The notes under the pieces are model-generated. The model ran no database searches, was not told the origin of the DNA, and was given only the letters and a program-made list of their open reading frames with translations. From positions 210,001-242,000 of the forward strand of contig CAVRAI010000007.1 of the NCBI GenBank assembly GCA_963718915.1: a stretch of DNA of 32,000 nt, in the 5' to 3' direction. Both the position numbers and the translations under genes were made by a program. This stretch comes from an uncultured Chloroflexia bacterium (lineage in GTDB: Bacteria; Chloroflexota; Ktedonobacteria; Ktedonobacterales; JADMIN01). Positions 8,798-18,121 of the stretch are shown one piece after another (positions within the stretch are counted from its first letter, which is position 1; the number at the start of each line of letters is the position of its first letter).

Positions 8798-8875
8798 AAA
8801 CCGCGCCTGAAGGGCCTGCGGCCACGAAGTCCGCCTGCGCGGACTCATCCAGACGTTGCCCTCTACGATTGTCTT
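8798..8875. repeat. Half-copy (one arm) of the 246-bp palindromic element, inverted orientation
   Basis: aaaccgcgcctgaagggcctgcggccacgaagtccgcctgcgcggactcatccagacgt matches the reverse complement of 5495..5570. Its first 31 nt are identical to the reverse complement of 11347..11402. Confidence 0.7.
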
Positions 8876-8918
8876 GGTTGGGAAGACCTGCCTGTAGAGA
8901 GGTATGGCTTCCCTACTG

Positions 8919-11142
8919 CTATTCCTCGCCCCAGATAGTCGCTGCCTTATCATCGATAACAACAAGTCGTCCCCCGCCAGGGGACCAAGTACCGGGGATG
9001 GAGTAGAAGTTACCAATCTCCTGTCCGTTTTCCGCGTCCCACATCACTGGTCTTTTGAACATGTAACCGACGAGCCGCCTTCCATCAGACGACCATGATA
9101 TGTCGCTAATATGTTTGCCATAGCCAGCCAGAGTGGCGATAGTGGCGATGTCTCGCCCGCTGGCTGGTTCCCAGACTCTTGCCGAATCAAGGTTTGTGGT
9201 CTTATTTTCGCCGCAGATGGCCAGCCGTGCGCCATCGGGCGACCAGGCGAGCGTATTCACCTTCTCAAGGTGCTGGGCGAGGGTGACAAGTGAGCGTCCG
9301 CTAGACACATCCCATACCTTCGCGCCCTCTGCGCTGGCAGTGGCAAGTCGAGTACCATCAGGAGACCATGCCACAGGATTATGTCCACCGGAAAGGACAG
9401 CTAGAGATCGCCCACTAGCTGCGTCCCACACTCGTGCACTGTACGAGTTGGAAGTGACAAGCCGTGTCCCATCGGGCGACCATACAGCGGATGCCGGGGA
9501 GACATAGCCATAGGGGGCGTAGTTGGTGGTGTCAGTCGCAGTTAAGGTGGTGAGCAAACGTCCACTGGCTGCATCCCAGAGCTGGTCTCCAGAACTACTA
9601 GTAGTAGCGAGCCAACGCCCATTTGGCGACCACGCCAGAGATCACGTCCCTTGGGAGCCAATTGTGGCCAGCACCTGCCAGCGTTAGTCATGCCGTAGAT
9701 CTGGGATCCAGTGTTTAGCGTGGTCATACGAACGCGTGATCCACCGCCTCCGACGGCAAGTCTGGTGCTGTCGGGCGCCCATACAACAGCACTGGCACTA
9801 CCATACATCGTTTGCGGGACAGCTAGTGTGCCGAGTAGTCGTCCAGAGGCCGTATCCCACACCTGCACGCCATCTGTACTGACAGTGGCGAGCAAGGCGC
9901 CGTTAGGAGACCATAATGGGCTGCCTAGTTGGCCGCTGTGACCTGAAAGGGTAACTAACGGCACGAAATGCGGGAACTCAAACCGCCAGTGTGCGATGGT
10001 GGAAGGGTCAACGCCAGCAGACGTTGCGGCGTTGAGCAGGGCGCGGTAGGTGAGCCAGTTTTTGCTGTCCCATGTACCCCTAGCCGCTGATGAGATCGCA
10101 GAGTGCCAGGCAGGCAGCACCAACGTGGCATCTACCCCTGCGGGTAGCATAGGTAACGCGCGAGCTGCCGCGACAGATTCGTCGTAACGCTGAGCAATCA
10201 ACAATGCCTCTATCTCACGCAATGCCCAGCGTGGGTCGTCTGGCGCCATGCGGCGGGCATCGCTCACACGGCGCGCGAAATCGTCCCAGCGATTTAGGCG
10301 GGCCAGCGCGGCAGTCAACTCTTCGAGGATGGCCAGGCGGGTAGTGGTGTCGTCGAGCGATGCAAGCGCAAAGGCGCGGGTAAGAATCTCCACTGTCTGC
10401 CCATCATTGCCAGCCCTGGCGGTGAGTCGCACATACAGCAGCAAAGTATCGGCGTCGTCAACGCCCGCTTTGAGCGCCTGCTTGATGACCGCCAATCCGC
10501 CGTTATTGTCACCAATGGCAAAAGCGGCTGAAGCGCGCTCACGCCAGAGCACCGGTGTCATCGCACCTCGCTCAACCAATATCTCCGTCTTATCGAGCAC
10601 ATCAGACCAGTGTTCGCGGGCATAGGCAGTATGAATTTCTCGTGCCAGCCGTTCGTTAGGCGAGAGCGGGCGGTTGGGATCTGGGGCAGTGGAGCTAGCA
10701 GTCACAGTCGGCGCGTTTGGGTCGGCGCCAATGGCGCGCAACACCTCAGCCAGCGAGGCGGCGTAGTGCGCGGGGTCATCGGCCTGGGTAAAGTCAAACT
10801 CCTGGACACTTTCCCAGTCTGGGCGACGCGGCGAGTGGAGCAAGGCGTAATCGGCAGCAGGTGCTTGCCAAGCTCGACGCTCTGGCGGAAAGCGATCTTC
10901 ATTTCCTGCGGCACCCACTTGGATTCTGAAGCATGAGGCGAGAGGACGACGAGGAAATACGGGCGTTCAGTGATCTCGGCAATGATACGATCCCACCAGT
11001 CGTCGCCGCCATGCAGCCCACCGGATGTGTCGTACCAGACGGCATCCTCACCCAGATTGGCGCGCAAATCGGCAATCAAACGCAGGCAGAAGGGGTCATC
11101 CTGATGGCTGTGACTCACAAAGAGCAGGCGTGATGTATCCAT
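8919..11142 (-). pseudogene. TIR domain - helical (TPR-like) repeats - WD40 beta-propeller protein, disrupted by at least 2 frameshifts and possibly an in-frame TGA
   Basis: Three collinear ORFs cover the gene. The first, 10702..11142, is the TIR domain (MDTSRLLFVSHSHQDDPFCLRLIADL...FLVVLSPHASESKWVPQEMKIAF). The second, 9542..10918, holds the helical repeats and then WD40 (LWSPNGALLATVSTDGVQVWDTASGRLL). The third, 8919..9557, is WD40 (AWSPDGTRLATASAEGAKVWDVSSGRSL, etc.). The first frame switch is at about 10845 (reconstructs LLPITP/LLHSPRRPDWESVQEFDF). The second lies within 9557..9683. The best WD40 fit (QVLATIGSQGT*SLAWSPNGRWLATT) additionally implies a TGA at the complement of 9642..9644. 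The start ATG (complement of 11140..11142) follows GGAAGGGAG. Confidence 0.8.
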
Positions 11143-11346
11143 GTACCGCGAATCTCCCTTCCAGTCTGTCTGTTCGTGAAGTACGTACAGGCATTGTAGC
11201 CCAGAAGTGAGTAGGCGTAAAGGACGTGTATTCCCAATAAGCGGTAATGATAGCAATGTGGCGCAAAAAGGCGGATAGAGGGAGCGCGTCACTACACGCG
11301 CCAGAACTGGAGTCGCAACGGCGGACCGCAGAGTGCGTCTCTCTGG

Positions 11347-11402
11347 AACCTGCGCAGGCAGGTTTCGTGGCCGCAGGCCCTTCAGGCGCGGTTTCAACCG
11401 CC
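11347..11402. repeat. Half-copy (one arm) of the 246-bp palindromic element, direct orientation
   Basis: aacctgcgcaggcaggtttcgtggccgcaggcccttcaggcgcggtttcaaccgcc is similar to 5512..5570 and 14277..14335, and is the inverted partner of 8798..8846. Confidence 0.7.
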
Positions 11403-11417
11403 AGCCACCTTCAACTG

Positions 11418-14013
11418 CTAATCATCCCTTGCGCCCGGTGCGCCCAGGATGCGCTGGCGGCTTCGGCGGCTTCGGCGCTTCCCGGCTGGCGCGACGTCGG
11501 AAAGCTTCTTCGCGGTTGGCTCGCGCCGCTCGGCGGAAAGCACGCCCGAAACGCCACGTATCTCGCGCAGGATATTTTCCAACTCCTCGGGATGGCGGAT
11601 TTCGAGCACCGCGTTGATGACCGCGCGCTCAGGCCGGTGGCGGGTCACCACCTCCACCCGCAGCATATTGATCTTCGCCGCCGGAGATCACGCCCGTCAC
11701 GTCGCGCAGCAGCCCCGTCCGATCCGTGCCCTCGACGATGATCGGCGCGCGGAAAGTCTCGTCGCCTTCGAGCCGCGGCCAACTGACCGCGATGCCGCGC
11801 TCCGGCTGGCGCGCCAGCAGCGACCGCAGATTCGGGCAGTCGGCGCGGTGGATGACCACGCCCCGGCCCCGCGTGACAAAGCCGTAGAGATCGTCGCCCG
11901 GCAAGGGACTGCAACAGGTGGCGAGGTGCGTCATCATGCCGCCCATCCCCTCCACGCTGACGCCAACCTCCGACTCGCGCGTGGGCAACGTCTGCGGCAG
12001 TTGCTCCGGTTTCGCTTCCTCCGGTGGGCGCAGCCGCTCGCGCAACTTCGCCAGCACCGCCGCCATCCGCAGTTTGTCCGCGCCCAACGCCACCAGCAGC
12101 GACTCCACATCGGACTGCTTCAACTCCTGGGCGAGCCATTCGAGATCATCTTCGGGCAGGTCGTCGAGACCCTTACGCAGGCCCATCGAACGCAGCTCGC
12201 GATCCAGCCGCTCGCGTCCCATCTGGAGGTCGATGTCGCGCTCGTGGCCTTTGAGATACTTCAGGATGCGGTCGCGGGCGACCTTCGTGCGCACAATCTT
12301 GAGCCAGTCGCGCGTGGGGTGGGCTTCATTGCGCTTGAGAATCTCGATCACGTCGCCGTTCTTCAGCACGTAGTCCAGCGGCACCAGCTTCTTGCTCAGC
12401 CGCCCCATGCCATCGTCCGAGGTGATGCGCACCCCGGCGACATGCAGCCCCAGGTCGGTATGCACGCGGAAGGCGAAGTCGAGCGGCGTCGAGCCAGCCG
12501 GAAGCTCCCTGGCGTCACCAGCGGGCGTGAAGACGTATATCTGCTCGCGCAGAACATCGCCTCTCACGGCATCCAGCGCGCGCTGGGTCGCCGTCGAGCC
12601 GGGCGAGTGCAGCTCCTGCTGCCAGTCCTTCACCTGTTGCACCCAGGATTGCAGCGGTCGCGCCGTCGCTTTGGCGCTGTCGCCAGCATCCTTGTAATAC
12701 CAGTGCATCGCGACGCCGTACTCCGCCATCTCATGCATCTCGCGCGTGCGAATCTGAATCTCGGCAAGCTGGTCGTCCAGGCAGAAGACGGTGGTATGCA
12801 GCGACTGATAGCCGTTGGGCTTGGGGCTGGCGATGAAGTCCTTGATGCGCCCATCTTTGGGACGCCACAACTCATGCACATGTCCCAGCACCAGATAGCA
12901 TTCGCCGACGCTGCCGACGATGATGCGGAACGCCAGCATGTCATAGAGCGAGGACAGGTCGTGGCTGCCGGTGCGCTGCACCTTCTTGTAGATGCTGTAG
13001 AGATGCTTGACCCGGCCCGATATCTCGGCGGTGATGCCGATCTTCTGCATCTCCTCACGCAGCATCGCGATGACCCGGCGCACATAGCGGCTGCGGCCCT
13101 CGGTCTCCTCGGCGACGGCGTCGCGCAACCAGGCGTACTCCTCCGGCTCCAGCACCGCGAAGGCCAGGTCTTCCAGCTCGCCCTCGACACGCCCCATGCC
13201 AAGCCGTCCGGCGAGTGGCGCGAAGATCTCGCGCGTCTCCTGCGCCATAATGCGGCACTCATCCAGACTGTATGCCGGTGTCACTGTCGCCTCTTGCGAT
13301 GAAGCGGTCTCGCCGTTATGCCCGTTTCCATTCGCCGCTTGCGCGTGCCAGTAGTCCGCCGCCGTCAACACCTCACGCATCAGCCGCAGGTGATCGGCGA
13401 TCTTGATGACGACGACACGCGGATCCTCGGCCATCGCGACAAACATCTTGCGCAGGGCGTCGGCGTCCTGCTGGCGTTGGCGCGCCCGTCCGCGCCGCCG
13501 TTCGCGCGGCACGTCGTCTGGCTCAACGCTGCTCTGGGCGCTGCTCTGGGCGCTGCTCTGGGCGCTACGCCGCAGGGCAACCGCCGGGCGCTGCAGGGCG
13601 TCGAAGCGCTCCAGGCTGGCGATGGTCTCCGCGACCTGCTCGCCGAACTCGCCGCCCAAACGCTCGCGCACTTCGCCGAGGTCAACCAGCCGCGCCCCGA
13701 CGACCTGATCGAGCAGCACCGCCGCCAATGTGATCGCGTCGATATGCAGCGCCTCGGCCAGCGTCTGGGCGACCGCCAGCACGTAGGCGAAATCCTGGCG
13801 CAAGACGCCCGTCGCCCGCTCGTCGGTTGCTCCGGCGCTCTCCACGCGCGCCTGAAGCGCTATGCGGATGGCCGTCTCGACGTTGGCGACATCGTGGGGT
13901 GGCAGATAGCCGACGATGGTCTGCCGCAGACGCTCCGCGCCCGCATCGAGCAGGAGGCTCGGCGGGATGGCGGAAGGCTCGGATTGTGCTGATTGCAGCG
14001 CATCGGTATCCAT
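11418..14013 (-). CDS. Long RelA/SpoT homologue (RSH) 1: degenerate HD domain, intact (p)ppGpp synthetase, TGS, CC/zinc-finger and ACT domains; one frameshift before the ACT domain
   Basis: Synthetase motifs are intact: GRVKHLYSIYKKV, YDMLAFRIIV, GYQSLHTTV, LAEIQIRTREMHEMAEYGVAMHWYYK. TGS is present (IYVFTPAGDARELPAGSTPLDFAFRVHTDLG). The HD motifs are replaced: ...FAYVLAVAQTLAE...AAVLLDQVVGARL, and IADHLRLMREV instead of LADRLHNMRT. The frame switches at about 11683 (GVIS/AAKINMLRVEVVTRHRPERAVINAVLEIRHPEELENILREIRGVSGVLSAER). Confidence 0.88.
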
Positions 14014-14124
14014 ACGAAACCACCAGACATGTATGTGTACGCGGGTTATCTCTCTCTACAAGCATTGCGGGTCATTGTCGTCGTTGGGCAAGGCGGATGG
14101 TTGGCCACCTGCGCGGCATGATGA

Positions 14125-14373
14125 ACGTTCACAATTTACGAGGGACAGCCACGCGGCTGGCGACTGAAGTCGCGCCTTGAGGGCCTCGCTGACGCTCCGC
14201 CACGAAACCCGCCGTCGCGGGTTGCACAGAACCGCTCACCAGTAGTAACACTGTAGGGATACGGTCTGAGAAGTCCGCGCAGGCGGACTTGGTGGCCGCA
14301 GGCCCTTCAGGCGCGGTTTTAACCGCCCGCGCACCCCACGCACCCCGCGCATGTCCCTCGCAATTTCTAAAAC
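14125..14373. mobile_element. MITE-like nested-palindrome element of about 249 bp, copy 2
   Basis: Collinear with 5363..5608. It shares the same terminal inverted repeats (gttcacaatttacgagggaca / tgtccctcgcaatttctaaaac), the same inner arms (gaagtcgcgccttgagggcc / ggcccttcaggcgcggttttaaccgcc) and the gaagtccgcgcaggcggactt hairpin. It lies between the two RSH genes. Confidence 0.7.
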
Positions 14374-14401
14374 TACATCAGCCTACGGTATGGGAACCTC
14401 A

Positions 14402-14435
14402 CCCATTCGCCGTAGCGTTTACGCTACGGCCTGCC
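14402..14435. repeat. Partial copy of the 'attcgccgtagcgtttacgctacgg' repeat module
   Basis: cccattcgccgtagcgtttacgctacggcctgcc is near-identical to 8721..8748. Confidence 0.6.
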
Positions 14436-14461
14436 CATCTTGCCGCGAACCGCCACAAATA

Positions 14462-16675
14462 CTAACGCGGAACGTTCTCGCAGCCGTTGCGCTGGTCGCG
14501 CTCCACCTGGGTGACGCCCTGCACCGTCCGCAGTCGGCGCATCACCTGCTCGCGCCGGGTCGTCGGCAGCATGTCCAGCGTGAGGAGGATCGCCGCCTTA
14601 TAGCGATCCTGATGAGCGATGGCCACACTGCGATAAACGTTCAATCCTAATTGTGCCACACACTCAGAAACCTGGTGCATCAACCCCTGGTGATCCTGCC
14701 CATAGATAGCGAACGCCATGCGGTACGGCATCGTGGGAAGCTGATCCCAGCGCACCTGCACCGTCCCATCATTCGTCGTCCCGCGCGCGAGTCGGCGATC
14801 CAGCGTCATGCGCAGCGTGCGGCAACAGGTGCGGTGGATCGTGACGCCGCTGCCACGGTCGGCGACGCCAAGAATAGCGTCACCAGGACACGGGAAGCAA
14901 CAGCGGGCGAACTGCACCTGCGCCAGCCGCCCGGAGGGGTGGCGCAAGGGCTGCGGGCGTGGTGGCTCGCCTGGGAGCGCGCCGCTACTGGCCCGTTGCT
15001 GGCTGCGTAGCGAGCGGTTGATGCGCTCGCGGGCGGTGCGGGTGGTGACGATGGTGAGCCATTCAGGTCGCGGAACCGCCTCAGCGCTGGTGAGTATGCG
15101 TACGACATCGCCCGTCCTCAGCGCGTAGTCCAGCCCCACCGCGCGCGAGGTCAGCACCCCCTGCCGCGTGTTGCGCTGGATGATCGCTCCGGCGGCATGG
15201 CTGCCAATGTCGGTATGAATCTGATAGGCGAGGTCGAGCACCGTCGCCCCAGGGGGAAGCTCGCGCACATCCCCTTTGGGGGTAAAGATAAAGATCTGGT
15301 CTTCCAGCACCTCGCCGCGCAGCGCCTCCAGAAAGTCCGCCGCGCTCAGCCGCAGCTCGTCCTGCCAGCGCCCCAGTTGCGAGACCCAATCGGGCAGATG
15401 CGCCAGCCAGAGCGCCGAGGTCACTGGCTCCCGCTCGCCTGATTCGGCGCGTTCCAGCCAGGTGGTGGCGATACCGTGCTGGGTGGCGATATGCATCGAG
15501 TGGGTGCGGATGTGCATCTGGGCGAGGCGGCCATCGAGGGCGAAGACGGCGGTGTGGAGGGAGCGATAACCATTGATCTTGGGTCCGGCGATGTAGTCGC
15601 GAATGCGTTCCAGGTATGGATGCCAGAGCTGGTGAATGATGCCGAGCGCCGCGTAACACTGCTCCGAGGTGTTGACCAGAATGCGGAAGGCAAACACGTC
15701 GTGGAGCTGCGCGACATCCATGCCGGTCTCCTGCGTCTCCAGATACGCGCGGTAGGGACGCTTGACGCGCCAGTTGACCGCCGCCGGGATGCCGCTCGCC
15801 AGCAGTTCGTGCGCCATTCGCTCGCACATGCGCTCGGCCCAGCGCAACCGTTTCGCTTCTTCCTCGCGTAACCGTTTAACGGTGCGTTCGTACTCCGCGG
15901 GCATCAGGAAGGAGAAGGCCAGGTCTTCCAGTTCGGACTGAAAAACATGGACGCCGATGCGTCCGGCGAGTGGCGCGTATAGCTCGATGGTCTCGCGCGA
16001 CTTCTGTTCGCGTTTGATAGGCGTCTGTGCAGCCATCGTGCGCATGTTGTGTAGCCGATCCGCCAGCTTGAGCAGGACGATGCGCGGGTCGGCGACCATC
16101 GCCAGAAAGAGCTTGCGCACGGTCTCGGCCTGCTCGCGGAGCTTGCGCGCGCGCGCCGCCTGTGGGTCAACGGCGCCGTCTAGCGCTGGCGTGGGCAGAA
16201 CCGCAACCGGAGCTACCTCACCACTGCCCTTCTCACCTTTGTCGCCCCTGGTGTCCTTGGGCGTCTCCACCGCGTCGAACTTGGTGACGCCGTCCACAAT
16301 CGCTGCGATCACCGGCCCAAACTGCTCGCTCAAACTGTCAAGTGTAATCGTCGTGTCCTCAACGGTATCGTGGAGCAGCGCCGCGGCGATCCCCTGCGCG
16401 TCCATCGCCAGTTCCGCGAGAATCCCGGCCACCGCGATGGTATGCTCGATGAACGGCTCGCCTGACCGGCGCATGACGCCCGCATGCGCCGCCTCCGCCA
16501 CCTGGTACGCCTCGTGGATGAGAGCGAGGTCGTCGTCGTTCATGTACAGCGAGCAGAGGCCAAGCAGCGCGCTCAGGCTCGGCGATTGAGCCATCATGGG
16601 CTGATCGTCGGTCTGTGGCTCGCTCATAGGTTGGCTGCCTTCGGCTCGGTGATCGAGCGGTGCGTCGGTGCGCAT
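14462..16675 (-). CDS. Long RelA/SpoT homologue (RSH) 2: intact HD hydrolase, synthetase-like domain with substituted catalytic motif, TGS, CC and ACT domains
   Basis: The HD domain is intact: HAGVMRRSGEPFIEHTIAVAGILAEL...AALLHDTVEDT and LADRLHNMRTM. The synthetase region reads RVKRPYRAYLE, HDVFAFRILV, GYRSLHTAV, LAQMHIRTHSMHIATQHGIATTWLER, so the E-x-Q-IRT glutamate is Gln and AEYGVAAHW is lost. TGS is present (IFIFTPKGDVRELPPGATVLDLAYQIHTDIG) and the ACT domain is at the C-terminus. The true start may be the internal ATG giving MSEPQTDD (complement of 16628..16630). Confidence 0.88.
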   Translation of the reverse strand: MRTDAPLDHRAEGSQPMSEPQTDDQPMMAQSPSLSALLGLCSLYMNDDDLALIHEAYQVAEAAHAGVMRRSGEPFIEHTIAVAGILAELAMDAQGIAAALLHDTVEDTTITLDSLSEQFGPVIAAIVDGVTKFDAVETPKDTRGDKGEKGSGEVAPVAVLPTPALDGAVDPQAARARKLREQAETVRKLFLAMVADPRIVLLKLADRLHNMRTMAAQTPIKREQKSRETIELYAPLAGRIGVHVFQSELEDLAFSFLMPAEYERTVKRLREEEAKRLRWAERMCERMAHELLASGIPAAVNWRVKRPYRAYLETQETGMDVAQLHDVFAFRILVNTSEQCYAALGIIHQLWHPYLERIRDYIAGPKINGYRSLHTAVFALDGRLAQMHIRTHSMHIATQHGIATTWLERAESGEREPVTSALWLAHLPDWVSQLGRWQDELRLSAADFLEALRGEVLEDQIFIFTPKGDVRELPPGATVLDLAYQIHTDIGSHAAGAIIQRNTRQGVLTSRAVGLDYALRTGDVVRILTSAEAVPRPEWLTIVTTRTARERINRSLRSQQRASSGALPGEPPRPQPLRHPSGRLAQVQFARCCFPCPGDAILGVADRGSGVTIHRTCCRTLRMTLDRRLARGTTNDGTVQVRWDQLPTMPYRMAFAIYGQDHQGLMHQVSECVAQLGLNVYRSVAIAHQDRYKAAILLTLDMLPTTRREQVMRRLRTVQGVTQVERDQRNGCENVPR

Positions 16676-17045
16676 CCAGAATTCTCCGCCACTGCCTCAC
16701 CGCATATCGTGCGGATACGAGGTACAAGCCTCGCGCGGTGGGCCGGTTATGCCGGTATGGGGGTACGTACCCTGAAACCAAAGCGCGCAGACAGCCCTCG
16801 CTGCCCGCGCGCTCCCCGTCAACTTCGACGTTGCGTGTTAACAAAGTATACCATGCCCGTCAAGCAGCGCCCGCCCGCTTCTTGCCGCTCAGATCAGTGA
16901 GCGGGATTATGGAGATGCTGGCGCTCGCCCGCTGGATAGGCTCACCCCGCCGCTTTGGGGGAGTGAAGCGCTTCCTCTTCAGACCCACCATTTGTATGGG
17001 GCGTCGCAGGTGTCTGGCTCCTACATACTGCGTATGGCGCGCGCA

Positions 17046-17075
17046 GCGGTCGCGGTCGCGGTCGCGGTCGCGGTC
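17046..17075. repeat. Hexanucleotide microsatellite (GCGGTC) x5
   Basis: Counted directly. It lies in the roughly 520-bp divergent intergenic region between RSH2 and the aquaporin gene. Confidence 0.9.
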
Positions 17076-17199
17076 GTGGCGTGGCAGGAAACGTGCTATG
17101 TATGGGCGTCGTTGCGGCCCGAAATCTGAACGACAATGTGGATGGCTCTGGTTCACCTGAATGGCGCCGGAGGCTAACGAACACTGTGAGGTGAGCGCA

Positions 17200-18096
17200 A
17201 TGGAGAACCCTGTTCATGACGAGCGCCAGCCCGGCAACGCGCGCGGCAATGGACGCACGACCACGAAGGGAAGATCGCTCGAAGCCATCTTCGAACTTGA
17301 GTCGCCTGCGGGGCGGGATTTCGACAATCCCAGGCACGAATGGCGGCGATTGTTCTCAGAGGTGCTTGGGACGTTCTTTCTCGTGCTTGTGGGGGCAGGT
17401 GGCGGCGTGGTGGGCGCATTCAGCAATGGAGCCATCGAGCGGGCAGCCGCGGTGACGGCTCCTGGTCTGATGGTGCTGGCTATCATCCTGTTTATGGGCG
17501 CGGTCTCGGGCGCGCACCTGAATCCCGCGGTCAGTATCGCCTTCGCGGCGCGCGGCGATTTCGACTGGCGGCGCGTGCCAGGCTACATTATCGCCCAACT
17601 GGTCGGGGCCACTCTCGCCTGCCTGCTGCTCTGGGCGATGTTTGGCAAGATAGGGATGCTCGGCGCGACCGAGCCTGGCGCGGGCGTGAGCGATCTCCAG
17701 GCCGCCATTATGGAATTTTTGCTGACACTTGGCCTGGTCAGCACCATTCTGGGGACGGCGTCGAAGGCGCAGAATGTGGGAACCATTGCCGCGCTGGGAG
17801 TCGGTGGCTACATTATCCTCGCCGGCCTCTGGTCAAGCCCGATCAGTGGCGCTTCGATGAATCCAGCCCGTTCGTTCGGGCCGGATCTGGCGCTGGGCAA
17901 CTTCGACCACTACTGGGTCTACGTCGTGGGACCAATCCTGGGCGCGCTGGTAGCCGTCGGCTGCGCCTACATCCTGCGCGGACGTGGCGGTGATATAAGC
18001 GCCCGTCGCGCCGCGCAGGGAACGGTTGGCACGCGGCTTGAGGACAATCCAGCGCCGCAACCCGCTCAACCCGCCGACGGTGAGGCGACGCCGTAG
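17200..18096 (+). CDS. MIP-family channel (aquaporin/glycerol facilitator-like)
   Basis: Both NPA boxes are present (SGAHLNPAVSIAF and SGASMNPARSFGP), there are six hydrophobic segments, and the tail is Pro-rich. The start at ATG 17200 is preferred because GAGGTGAG lies 5 nt upstream. An alternative in-frame ATG is at 17161. Confidence 0.88.
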   Translation: MENPVHDERQPGNARGNGRTTTKGRSLEAIFELESPAGRDFDNPRHEWRRLFSEVLGTFFLVLVGAGGGVVGAFSNGAIERAAAVTAPGLMVLAIILFMGAVSGAHLNPAVSIAFAARGDFDWRRVPGYIIAQLVGATLACLLLWAMFGKIGMLGATEPGAGVSDLQAAIMEFLLTLGLVSTILGTASKAQNVGTIAALGVGGYIILAGLWSSPISGASMNPARSFGPDLALGNFDHYWVYVVGPILGALVAVGCAYILRGRGGDISARRAAQGTVGTRLEDNPAPQPAQPADGEATP

Positions 18097-18121
18097 CGGC
18101 GGCTGCGCCAGGTAAAGAGGC

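Noticed and set aside
8563-11417. Integrated prophage or genomic island carrying the TIR-WD40 gene.
   Set aside because: No integrase, transposase, phage structural genes or tRNA attachment site are present. Only the repeat-arm bracketing is seen, and that is reported separately as a low-certainty finding.
5285-14435. CRISPR array, suggested by the many recurring short repeats.
   Set aside because: The repeats are dispersed one or two per intergenic spacer, are themselves long nested palindromes, and are not regularly interspaced with unique spacers. No cas genes are present.
11418-16675. Toxic small alarmone synthetase / CapRel-type fused toxin-antitoxin defence, suggested by the proximity of RSH genes to TIR genes.
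   Set aside because: Both proteins are full-length long RSHs (>730 aa) with TGS, CC and ACT regulatory domains. They are not single-domain SAS toxins, and no small antitoxin ORF is adjacent.
16676-17199. ORFs 16660..17160 (+, 166 aa) and 16860..17156 (-, 98 aa) in the RSH2/aquaporin spacer; also a possible riboswitch or leader.
   Set aside because: The translations are Arg-rich low complexity (including RSRSRSRS from the GCGGTC microsatellite) with no homology signal. I recognised no riboswitch consensus, so the region is treated as non-coding regulatory DNA.
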